A stretch of 64,000 nucleotides of DNA from NCBI RefSeq assembly GCF_021869535.1, contig NW_026262582.1, positions 5,146,001 through 5,210,000 on the forward strand, written 5' to 3'. Below the pieces are notes generated by a model. It was not told the origin of the DNA and did no database searches. It saw only the letters and a program-made list of their open reading frames with translations. The DNA comes from Mytilus californianus. Its lineage: Eukaryota. Shown here piece after piece: positions 50,488-64,000 of this stretch (the stretch's first letter is position 1; each line of letters opens with the position of its first letter). The position numbers and the translations under genes were made by a program.

Positions 50488-53003
50488 CGTTAATCAAAAA
50501 TGCAACTGTAATAGTTGCACAGTGCAGAAACCGGAAGTTGAAGAACAAGATCGGCTATCACGGCGCCACCTATTCAGGAACGATAATTTGCTACTTTATA
50601 TAACTGCGAAATAACAATAACGTTAGACCGGTTCGCGTGCATAAACAGAAATGCGCTTTAAATTGTATAATATAATTCATGTTTAGTCGACCTTTAATTA
50701 TTATATCAACGACTGAAATGATTTATAAACATCTAGATTGCAGATAACACTCGAAATTAACCCGACCTCTTTCCACACGGAATTCAAATAATTCTAGTTT
50801 GTCAATCGGTTGACTGCTTATAATGTAAAATACAAATATATCAAAAGTTTTTAAAACTAACAAAACACAATGATCGTTTCTCTATTTCCCAATGTAAATG
50901 AAATGAAACAACAAACATTTTATATCACAATAAGAAGAGGAGAGAATCAACATTTTCCGGATCTACTTAGAGCCTAATGACCCCCCACGTAGATAAGTTG
51001 GATATCGCGGAAAGAAAGATTAACACGGCAACCAGAAAGGCATTAAAGCACTGCCTTTAAAAATCAATGTTTAAAATTCATTTTCTTTACAAAAGGTTTG
51101 TCAAAATTGCAATGACTTAAAAAATCCTACCAGACATGAATATTTTCATAATTTAAATGACTACGGTATATTTAAATGAATATTATCTGTGCAATGTCAT
51201 TCTATATATTACTGTTTCAAATGGCTGTAATTATTTTATTGAAGCTTTAATAAAAAAGTTTGGAATAATTGGAATATTTATATGAAATGATATTTCTCAT
51301 GGGGTACATTCTTCTAGTTAATGATCATGATTTTGAAATATTGGTTTTTGCCAAAATTTTTGTAAGTGCAAAATCATTCTGTAATTATATGATTATTTTA
51401 TCATTGCAATTGGTAAAACCAGAAACTGTATTTGAATGACTCATTCCGGCTCACTTTAGAGAATAGAGCCATGATGGGTCAATGTCATTGGATCTGGTTC
51501 TTTCAACAAGATCTCCTATAGAAATCACTGTCTGTTTGCCCATCTGTCACCCTTTTATAAAGTATGTTAAGCCGAGATTACTCATCTGATTTAAATCATT
51601 TATATGCACAGTTTTTTTTAATCTATCAAAGTCCACTTAGATTTTTGTAAAAATTAGTAAAAACTATTTTTTTAAACCCATAAAGGAAAAGGTATGATAA
51701 GTCAAATTTTTGGCCCCTTGAATTAGAAAATCAAAATAAATCTACCATTTTTTATATTTATCATGAATATATATAACGTATTATCTACAAATATTATTTC
51801 ATTCAGTGATTGTTGATCGCAAGCTAATTAACTTTCAAGTTTGTTGCCGAAGTTTACCAGATCGTGACATTGATAAACAATCATCACAGAGCAGATAGAG
51901 CATGTGACAAATAAGTGAATTTATTGAGCCATGATATATATATTTTTTATATTTTTCATGCATTGACCCATTTGTTCATTTAACGTTTCCTTAACAGTTG
52001 TTAACAGATTTGTTGTATTAAATATGTTCTTTAATTATCAGGTGTTACTATTTACCTTCCGTGCATGTTTGTTTACATTTTTTCATTACGGTTTTTCCCT
52101 TGCACTTGCGCTGTGCCGTGGCAGAGGTTCTAATGAGAGGTATCATAGTTATGGTCACTACATAGAGAGAATATCTTTGAATTAGTATACGGGAAGACAT
52201 TAGTTCAATAGCAATACATTATGAAAATTTTGATAATATGAAGGATTTTCTTAAATTTTACAAGAAAGCTCACGAACACTTGGTTAATAGTAAAACTTAG
52301 CCAATCAAGTTTATAAAACATATTCAACTTTTTTTTAAATTTGAAGTTTCATATGACTAGAGCATAATTTTGAAATGCTTGAATAAGTTTATTATTTTTG
52401 CAATTTCAGGGGCAAAATACTGGTTCTTATAACTTCTCCTTTCATTTGTTTTGAGAAATGTCTTTTTGTGCTTACATTTGAGAATCCATGAAAAATTATA
52501 ATAAAAAGGTATAATATGCTTCCAAATTGTTCCTGGGACGTCAAATTTGTGGCATGTGAAAATTGGGAAAAAAATGTCTTACTTTTTCTTCACGAAATCT
52601 TCAATTATGAGATTAACCATGTTTATGTGATAAGATTTCGGTAAACACAAATTATATAAGGTATAATACGGAATTAAAATTGATTCCTAGTGTCAAATTT
52701 GCAATAAAAAAATTTATAGCAAAAAATTAACAAATTTTAGAAACCTTCTGTTCTAGCTATAGGGTTTAAAAGAAATTGAAATAGGTATATTACGCAGTAA
52801 CCATTTTGAAGACAAAAAAAAACATAAATTTTGAGAATCATCTTTTTGTGCTAGGATTTAAAGAAAATTGTTAAAAAGGTTTGATATGCTATTCCAAATT
52901 CCACATTTCAACAGATTTATTTATACCAGACATTGAGAACTAGTATCCCATTGAAAGGTCATTTATGAAATCTATTGCTAAATATAATTATGTCTAATTT
53001 TAC

Positions 53004-53131
53004 CTGTAACATTCTGAAAACAAATATCACTAGACAGTTACAAATCCAATGAAATGCAACTGATGCATTAAAAGCAGCACCCTGCGCATCATGGTCGAAG
53101 AACTCTTGAACAACTATATATGGGATTGGCC
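53004..53131 (-). CDS. SLC2A/GLUT-like transporter, penultimate coding exon
   Basis: ttttcag|GG...CAG|gtaaaa. (G)PIPYIVVQEFFDHDAQGAAFNASVAFHWICNCLVIFVFRMLQ matches the GLUT GPIPW..E.F..RxxA..NW pattern. Confidence 0.88.
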
Positions 53132-53625
53132 CTGAAAATATAATTTGCACTTCCATTATTAGCTTTCCAGCAGGTGAAGAAAATTCACTATACCTGTATA
53201 CTGTCAGAAATTGAACTTTATCTTACCTCCTATACATTTCTAGGAATATGATTGGTTAAAAGCAACAGTATGGAGACCGTGTAAATTCCATATTGGGTTA
53301 GTAGGCGGGGCAGTGTTGAGGAAAAATCTTAAAGGTTTCAAAAGACAAAGAAATTGATGATGAACGATTGAAGTAAATTCATAAATAAAATTGAGAATGG
53401 AAATGGGGAATGTGTCAAAGAGACAACAACATGACCAAAGAGCATAAAACAGCCCAAGGCCACCAATGGGTCTTCAACACAGCGAGAAAATCCCACAAAC
53501 TTCAGCTGGCCCCTAAACAAAAATGTGTACTAGTTTAGTGAAAATGAATAAAAACACATTTAAAGCTCACAAATTGTTATTGTAGGCATTTGTTTTTGTA
53601 TAGACCAATGGAAGTAGGTTCTTAA

Positions 53626-54245
53626 TACTAACGGTATTGAAGACTTGATCACTTTGATAGGCCACTAGTCTAAATACCACGTTAAGATAGTCGGTAAGAT
53701 AAATTCGTTACATAGTGTGCTAGTGACCTAATACGATATATATGGGGTCAGTAAATTCCATATGGGGTGAGAGCAACCTAATACGATATATATGGGGTCA
53801 GTAAATTCCATATGGGGTTAGAGCGACCTAATACGATATATATGGGGTCAGTAAATTCCATATGGGGTGAGAGCGACCTAATACGATATATACTAACGGT
53901 ATTGAAGACTTGATCACTTTGATAGGCCACTAGTCTAAATACCACGTTAAGATAGTCGGTAAGATAAATTCGTTACATAGTGTGCTAGTGACCTAATACG
54001 ATATATATGGGGTCAGTAAATTCCATATGGGGTGAGAGCAACCTAATACGATATATATGGGGTCAGTAAATTCCATATGGGGTTAGAGCGACCTAATACA
54101 ATATATATGGGGTCAGTAAATTCCATATGGGGTGAGAGCGACCTAATACGATATATATGGAATCAGTAAATTCCATATGGGGATTCGATCTTCGCTCTCA
54201 CCCCATATGGAATTTACTGTGCCCATATATATCGTATTAGGCCAC
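53626..54245. repeat. Tandemly duplicated 265-bp block containing 50-bp subrepeats, ending in a palindrome
   Basis: 53626-53890 equals 53891-54155. Unit gacctaatacgatatatatggggtcagtaaattccatatggggtgagagc, with an inverted copy at 54194-54243. Confidence 0.9.
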
Positions 54246-54579
54246 TGTTAAAAGGCTAATTTTAATATTATTTGTGTAATAGACATTACAAGAACTTTGA
54301 CTGTGACAACTGTTAACCGTTAAATAGTTATATTTTCTTAGCATCTGAATGAACTCTATAGAACTGTCGCAATTAATTAGTGCTATTTATCTATGGCCCC
54401 ATGCATGCATATATATCGTATTAGGTCACTGTTAAAAGGCTAATTTTAATATTATTTGTGTAATAGACATTACAAGAACTTTACTGCATCGAATTCCGAT
54501 ATAAATGTTAAGATGTTAACATTCAAAGATAAAGACAGGTTTAATGTATATTCTGGTCAGTTTTAAGGTTGTTGCTCGA

Positions 54580-56110
54580 TGTGACAGTTGGTTACATGTT
54601 TGCAATATATAAATATTGTATATGAACTCAATGATGTCTTTTTAATTAATATTGAGGTGTAACATAAATGGTGGCAGCGGAAAAAGATTAATTAATTTAA
54701 GGTATTATTTATTCTGTAGTGGATTATAAGCGTAATTTTCCTATAGGATATAGGTGCTATCGTAGGATTATTGCTTATGTAGCTGATGTGATTTATCAGT
54801 GATTTTTTGCAATTGGATTAAATATTGCGTATGTGTGCCGTTAACCTGGCGTATATCCAGCTGTGTGATTCAGCGATTAAATAGATATGATAATTTTATT
54901 TAGTTACTTTATTGGATATGTGTGATTCCGTATTTTGGAATATATCCGGCTGATGATTTAGTGTTGACTTTGAATTATCGAGCGTATATTTTCAAGCCTT
55001 TAACTCACTTTCGATATATTTTCATTAATCATAGGATTAATTGTATTTAGTGTTACGATCTGTAATGGCAGAAGGAGGTGTACTGGAAGGAGGCAGCATA
55101 GCAAAAAATCGTCCAAGAAGGAATATAAATTTAATGCAATTTACAGATGCCGAATATGCAGATGAAAGCGACGTGCCAGTTGAGGAAGAAGTATTTCAAA
55201 GACCAAAAACTCTGCCGCCAAAAAAAGCATCAAGAAAGACAAAAAAACATGAGTTAGACATCGAAAGGGAAAAACTTGCCATCGAACGTGAAAAACTCGA
55301 AATTGAAAAAGAGAAATTAAAAATCGAAAGAGAAAGAATTCGTTTACAGGGGGAAAACCGTCCTAATACTGACAAGTATCAGTCACTACCATTCAAAGTA
55401 AAATTGCAACCGTTTGATCCGAAACTCGACGACATCTTAACATTTATATCGGAATTCGATGCAGTAAGTGGTCAGGCAATATGATTTTACAGTTAAGAAC
55501 ATTATTGACAGGTGAAGCAAGACATGTTTCTTCATAAGCGTCCACTTCGTACGACGATCTAAACCGTGCGCTAATCGATCGATGTGGAAAGAGACCCCAT
55601 GAATATTTTGTTGACTTAATTAATGTTAGAAAAGCTGACAATGAAACTTACAGAGCTTCGATGGCGCGAATTATACAAAATATCAACCGATGTATTAAAG
55701 ACAAAGACCCAATCAAGTGTTTACAAGAGGAATTTTTTCTCAAGGCTCTACCACCAGCTCAAGCGCAATGGGTAAGAAGAAGTAAAGGCAGCGCGTCTGT
55801 AGTTGAGGCAGCAGAGGACTATATAATACCAACACAAAGTGACAATCAGAAGAAATTTATTGGGTATAATAACAACAACAAAAATGACAATGTACAAATG
55901 ATGAAAATGGGACAAAAACTAACAATAATCTTTGTTTCAAATGTAAAGCTGTTAAACATTATGCACGTGATTGTGGGAAAAAGGACAAGAAAAAGGAAAT
56001 CCTGCTTCTTACTTAGTTAAACCACTTGTTAGACAAAGACTTATTTGTGTTCCAGGAGAAGTAAATGGGAAGCAAGTAAGCTTTGTGAAAGACACTGGTG
56101 CTGACATATT
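54580..56110 (+). mobile_element. 3'-truncated Gypsy element: LTR end, tRNA-Leu-like PBS, gag and protease start
   Basis: tgtaaca-taaa-TGGTGGCAGCGG (54669-54680). Coiled-coil EREKL repeats, FDPKLDDILTFISEF, CFKCKAVKHYARDC knuckle and FVKDTGAD across frameshifted ORFs. Confidence 0.85.
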
Positions 56111-56115
56111 TTGTA

Positions 56116-56447
56116 GTGACACTACCCAAATTCAAACCTGATCTGTGTTTTGTGGTAATAAGCATTGTGTATAAGTTTCATAACATTTGGTTGAGGAAAC
56201 TAAAGTTAGAGAAAACGGAAACGAAAATTTCAGCAATTTTTCCATTTGTAAAGGGGCATAACTCTTGAACTGTAAAAGTGAAGCCACCAAAATTCGAACT
56301 TGATCTGTATTATGTGGTTATAAGCATTCAGTGTATAAGTTTCATACCATTTGGTTGAGGAAAACTAAAGTTAGAGAACGGAAACCAACTTTGGGACGTA
56401 CGGACTGACGTACAGATGGACGGACAGACGGACAAGGGTAAAACTTA
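56116..56447 (+). mobile_element. Helentron-associated repeat (family of 61811-63043); its 3' hairpin is displaced to 58351-58385
   Basis: ttcaaacttgatctgtgttttgtggtaataagcattg units and (GGAC)n. The end aaaactta/atgccccctccgctacagcgggggcat is split by an insertion. Confidence 0.75.
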
Positions 56448-58350
56448 CCCCTACAGAAAAAGAAGTTGAGGGCCAGTTAAGGGCCATGTGGCGGACAGTT
56501 GAGGGCTAGCTGTTTTAAGCAAAATAGTTGAGGGCTAGGTGTTGAGCATCTTAGCTCAACTCAAACCTGGCCAAGCACTGTATGTTTGATAGATGTCGCT
56601 CAACTGGCCCTCAACTGAAACTGGCCATTAAGTTGAGGAAAAGTTGAGCAATTGATCTTTGGTTTTCATATAGTTGAGCAAAAGTTGAGCATTCAGACTT
56701 TGAATTTTTTGTAGTTGAGGAAAATTTGAGCATTCAGACTTTGATTTTTTTTGTAGTTGAGGAAAAGTTGAGCAATTGATCTTTGGTTTAACTTTTCATA
56801 TAGTTGAGCAAAAGTTGAGAAATTAGAAATATGAGCTGGTGATATAAATGTTATGTGCCATCTGTTTTCCATTTATCTCTGTGTATAATGCAAGTAGACA
56901 GGAAGTACTATTATAAATGTACACAGAGTTTGAGGCCAAATTAAGGGAAGCACATGTTTTTATACATTTTTCTGTATTTTAACTTAACTATAACTCATAA
57001 CATAAAGATAAATTAAAAAAACAAACACTATTTTTTTTATTATAAGATATATCAAATATTCATGATTTAGGTAATTAACAGTTATTATTAGGGGCAAGTT
57101 TCAAAGGGATCACACTGTCAAAATACCCTAAACAACCTCAAACATTTAAAATTTTAACTGGGCTTGAGCATGCACATGGCAAGCAAAGATGTCTTCTAGC
57201 TTTCATGAATAAAATATGAATTTTACAATGGATGTAGATCAAAAAGTTACAAATAACTGTATTGACATTGAATAGTGCAGTGTATTCTTCTGATGACATG
57301 ACTCTTGGATTTAGGAAGATTGATGTTTTAACACATATTTATGGAAACATCTTTTGGTAAGTACATTGGATTAGAATTTCCACCATTTTGAATAAGTGTA
57401 TATGCTCTTTTAGTTCAAAATAGTGATATTTAAAGTGTCTTCTTAACTTTTTAGAGTGAAGAAAAATTTTAGACAATATATTTATGCATTAATTTATATA
57501 TTATCAAAATGTGTAAGACAGGAGACATATTTATTTTATTATTAAGACAATTTGTTTTAGAAAGTATTACTAATAAAATAAGAATATTCTAATTAAATGA
57601 ATTTGGTATAAAACTAGAGATCTGGGGTATGACTGCAAATAAGACATCTATCCACAAATGACAGATAAATATATATAATTTTTTTTCTGGTTGAACAACA
57701 CTTTCTGTTTTGAGTATTTCAATATATATCTAAATACTTCTCCTGGCATAAAGATTAATATGGCTGCAGGATTAACTAGATTTTATTTACTAGATAATAA
57801 CTTTTAAAAAGCAAGGATAAAGCTGTCATGTAGTCTGTTGTGTGTTAAGATCTTTCAGCAGTATTTTGGCCCTATAAAATACACAATTTAAATTTATTTT
57901 TTCTACAATGTGTAGTCATCAGTTTGCAATGACCAGATACATGTAATTCTCAACCTTTAAAGACCTTGCCCTAAACTATTGGCCACCTAGCCCTCAACTT
58001 TTAATGACCTGGACCTCAACTATTGGCCACCTAGCTAGCCCTCAACTTTTAATGACCTGGTCCTCAACTGTTGGCCAGGTAGCCCTCAACTCTAATTGCT
58101 CAACTGTTGGACACCTAGCCCTCAACTATGATATTTTCTCAACCTTGCTCAACTAATTTGCATAAAGTTGAGCATTTGATAGTTGAGGGCTACCTACTTT
58201 GCATGGCAAAAATCCAGGTAGCCCTCAACTGGCCCTCAACTATTTGCTCAACTGATGGCCAGCTAGCCCTCAACTGGCCCTCAACTGTTTGTTCAACTGG
58301 CGGCCAGTTGAGCAATGCAGTTGGCCATCCTATCATTTTTTCTGTATGGG
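56448..58350. mobile_element. Non-autonomous CACTA/CMC-like DNA transposon
   Basis: TIRs CCCCTACAGAAAA and CCCATACAGAAAA, 3-bp TTA duplication, arrays of agttgagg at the left end and ccctcaact at the right end. Confidence 0.75.
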
Positions 58351-61300
58351 TTAATGCCCCCTCCGCTACAGCGGGGGCATTAAAATATTTTTACTCAGCC
58401 ATGGAAAATTGAACCCCCGTCTATAGAGTCGAGCAGTATAGACCTCAGATTTCCAAATTGTCATAGCTATTCAAAAAAGTAAAATAACAATTTTGACCTC
58501 GGTTTCAATTTCAAGGGGGTTCAATCTTCCATATATACAGTCTCTCTATACTATAGTTTCCAAAATATTAAGATAATGAACAACACTTGCGTGTTATCTG
58601 AAATGTTGTATTTTTAGCTTTAGCGAGCATGCTGGTTGGCAGGAGGGATCATTGGAGGCATTTTAAAACTAGATACACCAAAGATGATTTTGGTCAAGTT
58701 TGGTTCAAATAATTAGCTCCTTGAGTTTTAGAAGAATAGATTTTTGTGAAAGTTAACAGACAATGACAAGAGACACTTACCAATGAGAAAACTCGCATTT
58801 CCTTTTGGTTCAAGTTAATTAAAAGAATTTTAAAAACTGAAATGATTGGGTTGCACAGAATGTTTCTTAACCAATGACGAGTGGTTAATAATGAACATTA
58901 AAATAAATGGAAACACAAAATGTTAAAATTGGGAGGAAAATCTTTAAACAAACTTCATCATGGGAGATCCATATAGTTTTAATAGTTGTGCACTTACTTA
59001 GGAGTTTTGCTGATCTGACTTAAAAACTTTAGAAGAGGTTGATTACACAATATTGGTACCTCTATTGTCAATTTTGCTGAAAAATTACTAAGTTTCCAAG
59101 CCCAAAAAAACGAAAAAAATATTCTTGAAGCAATGTCACAATAGCTGGTGCAGAACTTCAATATATGTTTAATCTTTGCAGGAAGTTTAAGGGACCTGGA
59201 TTGAAAAATGTAGAAAGATTTGAATACACAAAATTAGTACAAACTTTTGAACATTTTGATGAAAAATTACTGAAGGAAAACAAACTTAAACAATTTTGTA
59301 AAAATAGCAAGTGCAAAACTTCAATATGTGTGCAATCTCACTGCCAATTTTCAGATAGGTGGGTTGAAAACTGTAAGAGGATTTGATAACATAAAACAGG
59401 TTGCCAATTTTTCCCTAAACACCCATATGAAACTCCACTATGAGCTAACTAATAAATCAACTATATTAAACAACCCAGCCAATTTAAAAGAACATTTCTT
59501 CATTTTCCCCCTTTTTTCCCAGCAATAATAAAGTAATAAAAGGTGATTGTATGGTTTTATTTCTTATTTTGGTTTTGAAGCAATAACATTGATTTTCATA
59601 CAAAAGAAAATATTATGAATAATATTGACCAGAGGTACTGCAAGCATTTTTAAGCTCACAAAAGGATACTCCCACCCCACAAGAAGTAATATCAAAGTGT
59701 ATAATTTGCTAAAAGGAAACCAGTAAAAAAAATTTGGATGAAATGCAAAATAGGAGGTGCACAACACTCTTCCAACCCCAAACATTGGCAATGCCCAAGG
59801 TTTTCTTAGGCAAACCAAAAATAAATTGATAAAATAACACAAAACAAAAAAGAAGTGCACACTTACATTATATAATGGTTACAATTATGAACAAAAATCA
59901 TTAAATTCTAATATGGGGTTAAGGAAAAGCAGATACAAATTCTTATATGATTTGCATATTAGGGAATACATTTATATGATTGGTCGAGAGGGCTTCCGGT
60001 GGTGGTTCTTGAAGTTATTTATTTTTCCATATACGACATTGACAGAACTACATTTTGCAACCAATGTAAACAAGATGACATCTTTACACACCGTTTGATA
60101 TGCATGTTTTGATATTATACTCTGGCAAAACATGATTTACTTGTTAAGTGTTATAACCATTGAACTAGCTTCCAATCTTAGATCAGTACTATGCGTCTTT
60201 TGTCTTAATATTATTTCTTTTTGTGCTTTGTGACAATCTGATGTCAGTCAAATGCAAGTCATTTGAAACTGATTTTCACAGTTTGTTCTTATGTTATGCT
60301 GTTCTATCACTGACCCAGGCAAGGGGATGGTTGATCAATCACAAACCTAATTAACCACACCAATTTTTCTATGGGAGCCTTTAATTCAGTGGTTGTCATT
60401 GTTTGCTTTCTTTCATATTTTGTTTTCACCTATTGTTTTGTCATAAATATGGCTGTTGGGTTTTTTGTTTGATATGCTTCATGTTTTGTCATGTGAGGCC
60501 TTTTAAATGTGACTTAAGGTTTTTGCTCATTGTTGAAGGCCTTACTGTAACCTATAGTTGTTACATCCACTTCGTGTGTACTTAAATGTTGGATTGTTGT
60601 CTCATTATGAATCAAACCAATTATCCTTGTTTTACTTTAACATGTTTAATTCAATTCAATATAACGAGAATTAAACAATTACACTAATTTTATACTTAGG
60701 AGGGTAAACTCAAATGTAGTAACAATTCAAATATCCCTTCTCTTCTATTTAGTACAGCAACTGATGTCAAATGTAAGACTACAATTGACTGCTTATCAGA
60801 AAGTACTTTGAGCAATTTTGGGGGCCCTTTATAGCTGACTTAGCGGTACGAGTTTTGCTCATTGTTGAAGGCCATACACTGACCTATAGTTGTAAACTTC
60901 TATGTCATTTGGTCTCTGGTGGAGAGTTGTCTCATTTGCAATCATACCACATCCTCTTGTTTTTATACTTGTCCTGATTTGTGCTGAAAAAATCAACATA
61001 CCTTTAATTGCATATTAGAGCACACTGGTTCGGGGAAGTTTGGTATTACAAAAACAGATACTTCTGATCTGAACAACAGGGCTAATGTGCCCTCCTATAT
61101 TATTATTTCATATTTTTTTTTCATTATTAAAAAAAAAAGGATAATAACAAAAATACCGAAACTCCAAGGAAAATTGAAAACGGAAAGTCCTTTATCAAAT
61201 GACAAAATCAAAAGATCAATCACATCAAAAGAATGTAAAATAACTGTTATATTTCTTACTTGGTACAGGCATTTCCTTATGTAGAAAAATGGTGGATTAA

Positions 61301-61810
61301 TTAAACCTGGTTTTGTAACTAGCTAAACCTCTCACTTGTATGACAGACATATAGAATTCCATTATATTGACAACTATGTGCATGATGTGTGAGCAAAACA
61401 AAAAGACGTAATCGGTAACAAGAATGTGTCCATAGAACACGGACAAACCACTCATACTATCATTTTCTATGTTCAGTGAACCGTGATATTGGAGTCAAAA
61501 CTCTAATTTGGCATTAAAATTATAAAGATGATATCATGGGAACATGTGTACTGATGGACGAATGGACGGCCGGTACGACGAACATACGGATGGACAGACG
61601 GACGCACAGACCGAAAAACATAATGCCCTCCACTATCGTAGGTGGGGCATAAAAATGTCAAAAATTGAGGTGCAGCAGTCAACATAATCTTAATCACTAT
61701 AAAAACAAATAACTATTTAAACAAAGAAAAACAAAATGGCATTTAGAAACACTATAGACAAAGCACATAAGCAAAAATGAAAGACAAGAATACAATAAAT
61801 GTGGATAGTG

Positions 61811-63043
61811 ACCACATGTGGACACAGATGATGCCCCCGCTTGCATATCATATAGTTATAAAGGGACATAACTGAAGAATATTGGTAAAAGTGACGCTAC
61901 CCAAATTTGAACTTGATCTGAGTTTTGTGGTAATAAGCATTGTGTGTAAGTCTCATAACATTTGGTTGAGGCTAACTTAAGTAGAGAACAGAAACTAAAA
62001 ATTCAGCAATTTTTCTATTTTTAAACACGCATAACTCTAGAATGTTTGTGTGTAAGTTTCTATAACATTTGGTTGAGACAAACTAAAGTTAGAGAACGGA
62101 AACGAAAAATTCAGCAATTTTTATAGTTTCATAACATTTGGTTGAGGCAAACTAAAGTTAGAAAACGAAAACAAAAAATTTGTACTTGATCTTAGTTTTG
62201 TGGTAATGAATATTGTGTATAGGTTTCATATTGTTTGGTTGGGGCAAACTTAAGTTACAGAATGGAAACTAAACATTTTGCAATCTTTCGATTTATAAAG
62301 GGGCATAACTCAATAATGGTTAAAGTGACACTACCCAAATTCAACTTGATCTGTGTTTTATCAGTGGAAGTCAAAATTAAACATTGCATTGTATAAAGCA
62401 TTGTTTGTATTGATTCAACTATAATCATGGACAAAGGAAGATAACTCCAATTTTAAAAATTACTTGATATTTGAGGAAAATAAAAATTTTGAAATTTTTT
62501 AAAATTCATAAAGGGGCATAACTCTAGAACAGATTAAGTGACGCCACCACAATTCAAACTTGATCTGTGTTTTGTAGTAATAAGCATTGTGTATAAGTTT
62601 CATAAAATTTGGTTGAGGCAAACTTAAGTTAGAGAACAGAAACTAAACATTTTGCAATTTTTCCATTTATAAAGGGGCATAATTCTAAAACGGTTAAAGT
62701 GATGCCACCAAAATTCAAACTTGATCTGTGTTTTGTGGTAATAAGCATTGTGTATAAGTTTCATAAAATTTGGTTGAGGCAAACTTAAGTAAGAGAACGG
62801 AAACTAAAAATTTTGCAATTTTTCCATTTATAAAGGGGCATAACTCTAGAACGGTTAAAGTGACGCCACCAAAATTCATACTTGATCTGTGTTTTGTGGT
62901 AATAAGCATTGTGTATAAGTTTCATAACATTTGGTTGAGGCAAACTCAAGTTAGAGAACAGAAACCAATTTTGGGACGTACGTACGTACAGAGGGACAAG
63001 GGTAAAACTCAATGCCCCCACAACTACGGCAGGGGCATAAAAA
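61811..63043 (+). mobile_element. Helentron-associated element with a ~155-bp satellite array
   Basis: About 6 units of aaggggcataactctagaacggttaaagtgacgccaccaaaattcaaacttgatctgtg... and a 3' hairpin atgcccc...ggggcat. Confidence 0.75.
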
Positions 63044-63499
63044 TGATCATAGCACAATTACACAATGCCAGGATGTATAAATAGCTAGCCATGGCAAAGG
63101 CATATTACCAAAAATGGACTGAACAGACAGGGTTAAAAATTTACAAAGAGAAATAAAAAGAACATTACAACACGTACTTAAGATGATAAACAACATCAGT
63201 ATCTAGAATCTATACTTCAAGACAGTCATGTTTGATTTGTGAAGTTGATACAGAATATATATCAACAAGGTCTTGGTATCTTCCTATGAACTTTTTTTAA
63301 AAGAAACTTTCATCAAGGTTCTACAGTGATCCCAGGTCCTTCAGCTTTCATTTGATACCATAATTACTCAAATATTGAACTTATTGACAAAGTTACAGCT
63401 ATGCATAGGAACTATATATGATACCGGCCCAAGCTTAGCCATTATTAGAAAAGTTTTGTTTTTGGCCCCTATTTGGCCATTAGTTTCTTAACGATTACA

Positions 63500-64000
63500 G
63501 CCACAACCCAAAAAATAGACCCCACCCTTCTGTGTGTGGTATGGAACCTTGTGGTACAATTTGATAGAGATCCATTGACTAATACTTAAAGTATTTGTCC
63601 AGAAACCAGAAAAACCTTGTTCCTCCACCCCTTTTTGCCCTTATTCCTGAATGGTTTGAGCCATAACCCCCAAAGTCAAACCCAACCTTCCCTTTGTGGT
63701 ATGGAACCTTGTGTTTTAATTTCATAGAGATCCATAGACTAATACTTATTATAAGAAATTGTCCATTAACTAGAAAAACCTTTTTTTCCACCCTTTTTTG
63801 CCCCTAATTCCTGAACAGTTTGGGCCATAACCCCAAAAGTCAATCTCAACCTTCCTTTTGTGGTATGGAACCTTGTGGTACAATTTCATAGAGATCCATA
63901 CACTAATTATACACAAGTTATTGTCCGGAAAATAGAAAAATGCCTTTCTTGGCCCCTTTTTGACCCCTAATTCCTAGGGAATTGGGACCATAGCCCCCAA
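63500..64000 (+). repeat. ~158-bp tandem array, at least 3 units, running off the window end
   Basis: Recurring ccaaccttccttttgtggtatggaaccttgtggtacaatttcatagagatccat. Confidence 0.85.

Noticed and set aside
53132-53260. Nearby GT donors that might end the next upstream GLUT exon
   Set aside because: The required reading frames contain stops; upstream exons were not found in the window.
53626-54245. CRISPR-like regular repeats (also 24136-24453)
   Set aside because: Head-to-tail tandem units with no unique spacers, no cas genes, eukaryotic context.
58980-59530. ORFs 59165..59386 and 59328..59528
   Set aside because: Read like degenerate repeat sequence with frequent stops; no protein family recognised.

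Overview
AT-rich eukaryotic genomic DNA; the repeat families and intron/exon structure look like a bivalve mollusc, possibly Mytilus-like (inference). Two host transporter genes converge on the window. The last two coding exons of an SLC16/MCT-like gene lie on + (4522-4647, 6745-6920). The last two coding exons of an SLC2A/GLUT-like gene lie on - (53004-53131, 41802-42005). Between them is a ~22-kb block of minus-strand retroelements. (i) A DIRS1-type tyrosine-recombinase retrotransposon with intact ITRs and internal complementary region (18161-23004). (ii) A Gypsy/Ty3 LTR element (23251-39863) with ~99% identical LTRs, CATG TSD, tRNA-His-like PBS, PPT, a -1 frameshift site and a baculovirus-F-like env. 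(iii) A full-length CR1/L2-group LINE (26631-33403) nested inside (ii) with a 12-bp TSD. Headline observation: removing the LINE restores a ~9.8-kb 'complex' env-bearing element with the order gag-pol-ORF A-ORF B-env. The two unassigned accessory ORFs share an N-terminal motif, and ORF A, ORF B and env each start at a YAG|ATG splice-acceptor-like site. This suggests a set of spliced subgenomic mRNAs as in complex retroviruses. The rest of the window holds a decayed THAP/ISL2EU-Harbinger transposase, a truncated second Gypsy, a CACTA-like non-autonomous element nested in a helentron-associated repeat, Penelope and LINE fragments, MITEs and satellite-containing interspersed repeats. All large TE ORFs carry stops or frameshifts. 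No database searches were run; family names come from motif recognition.
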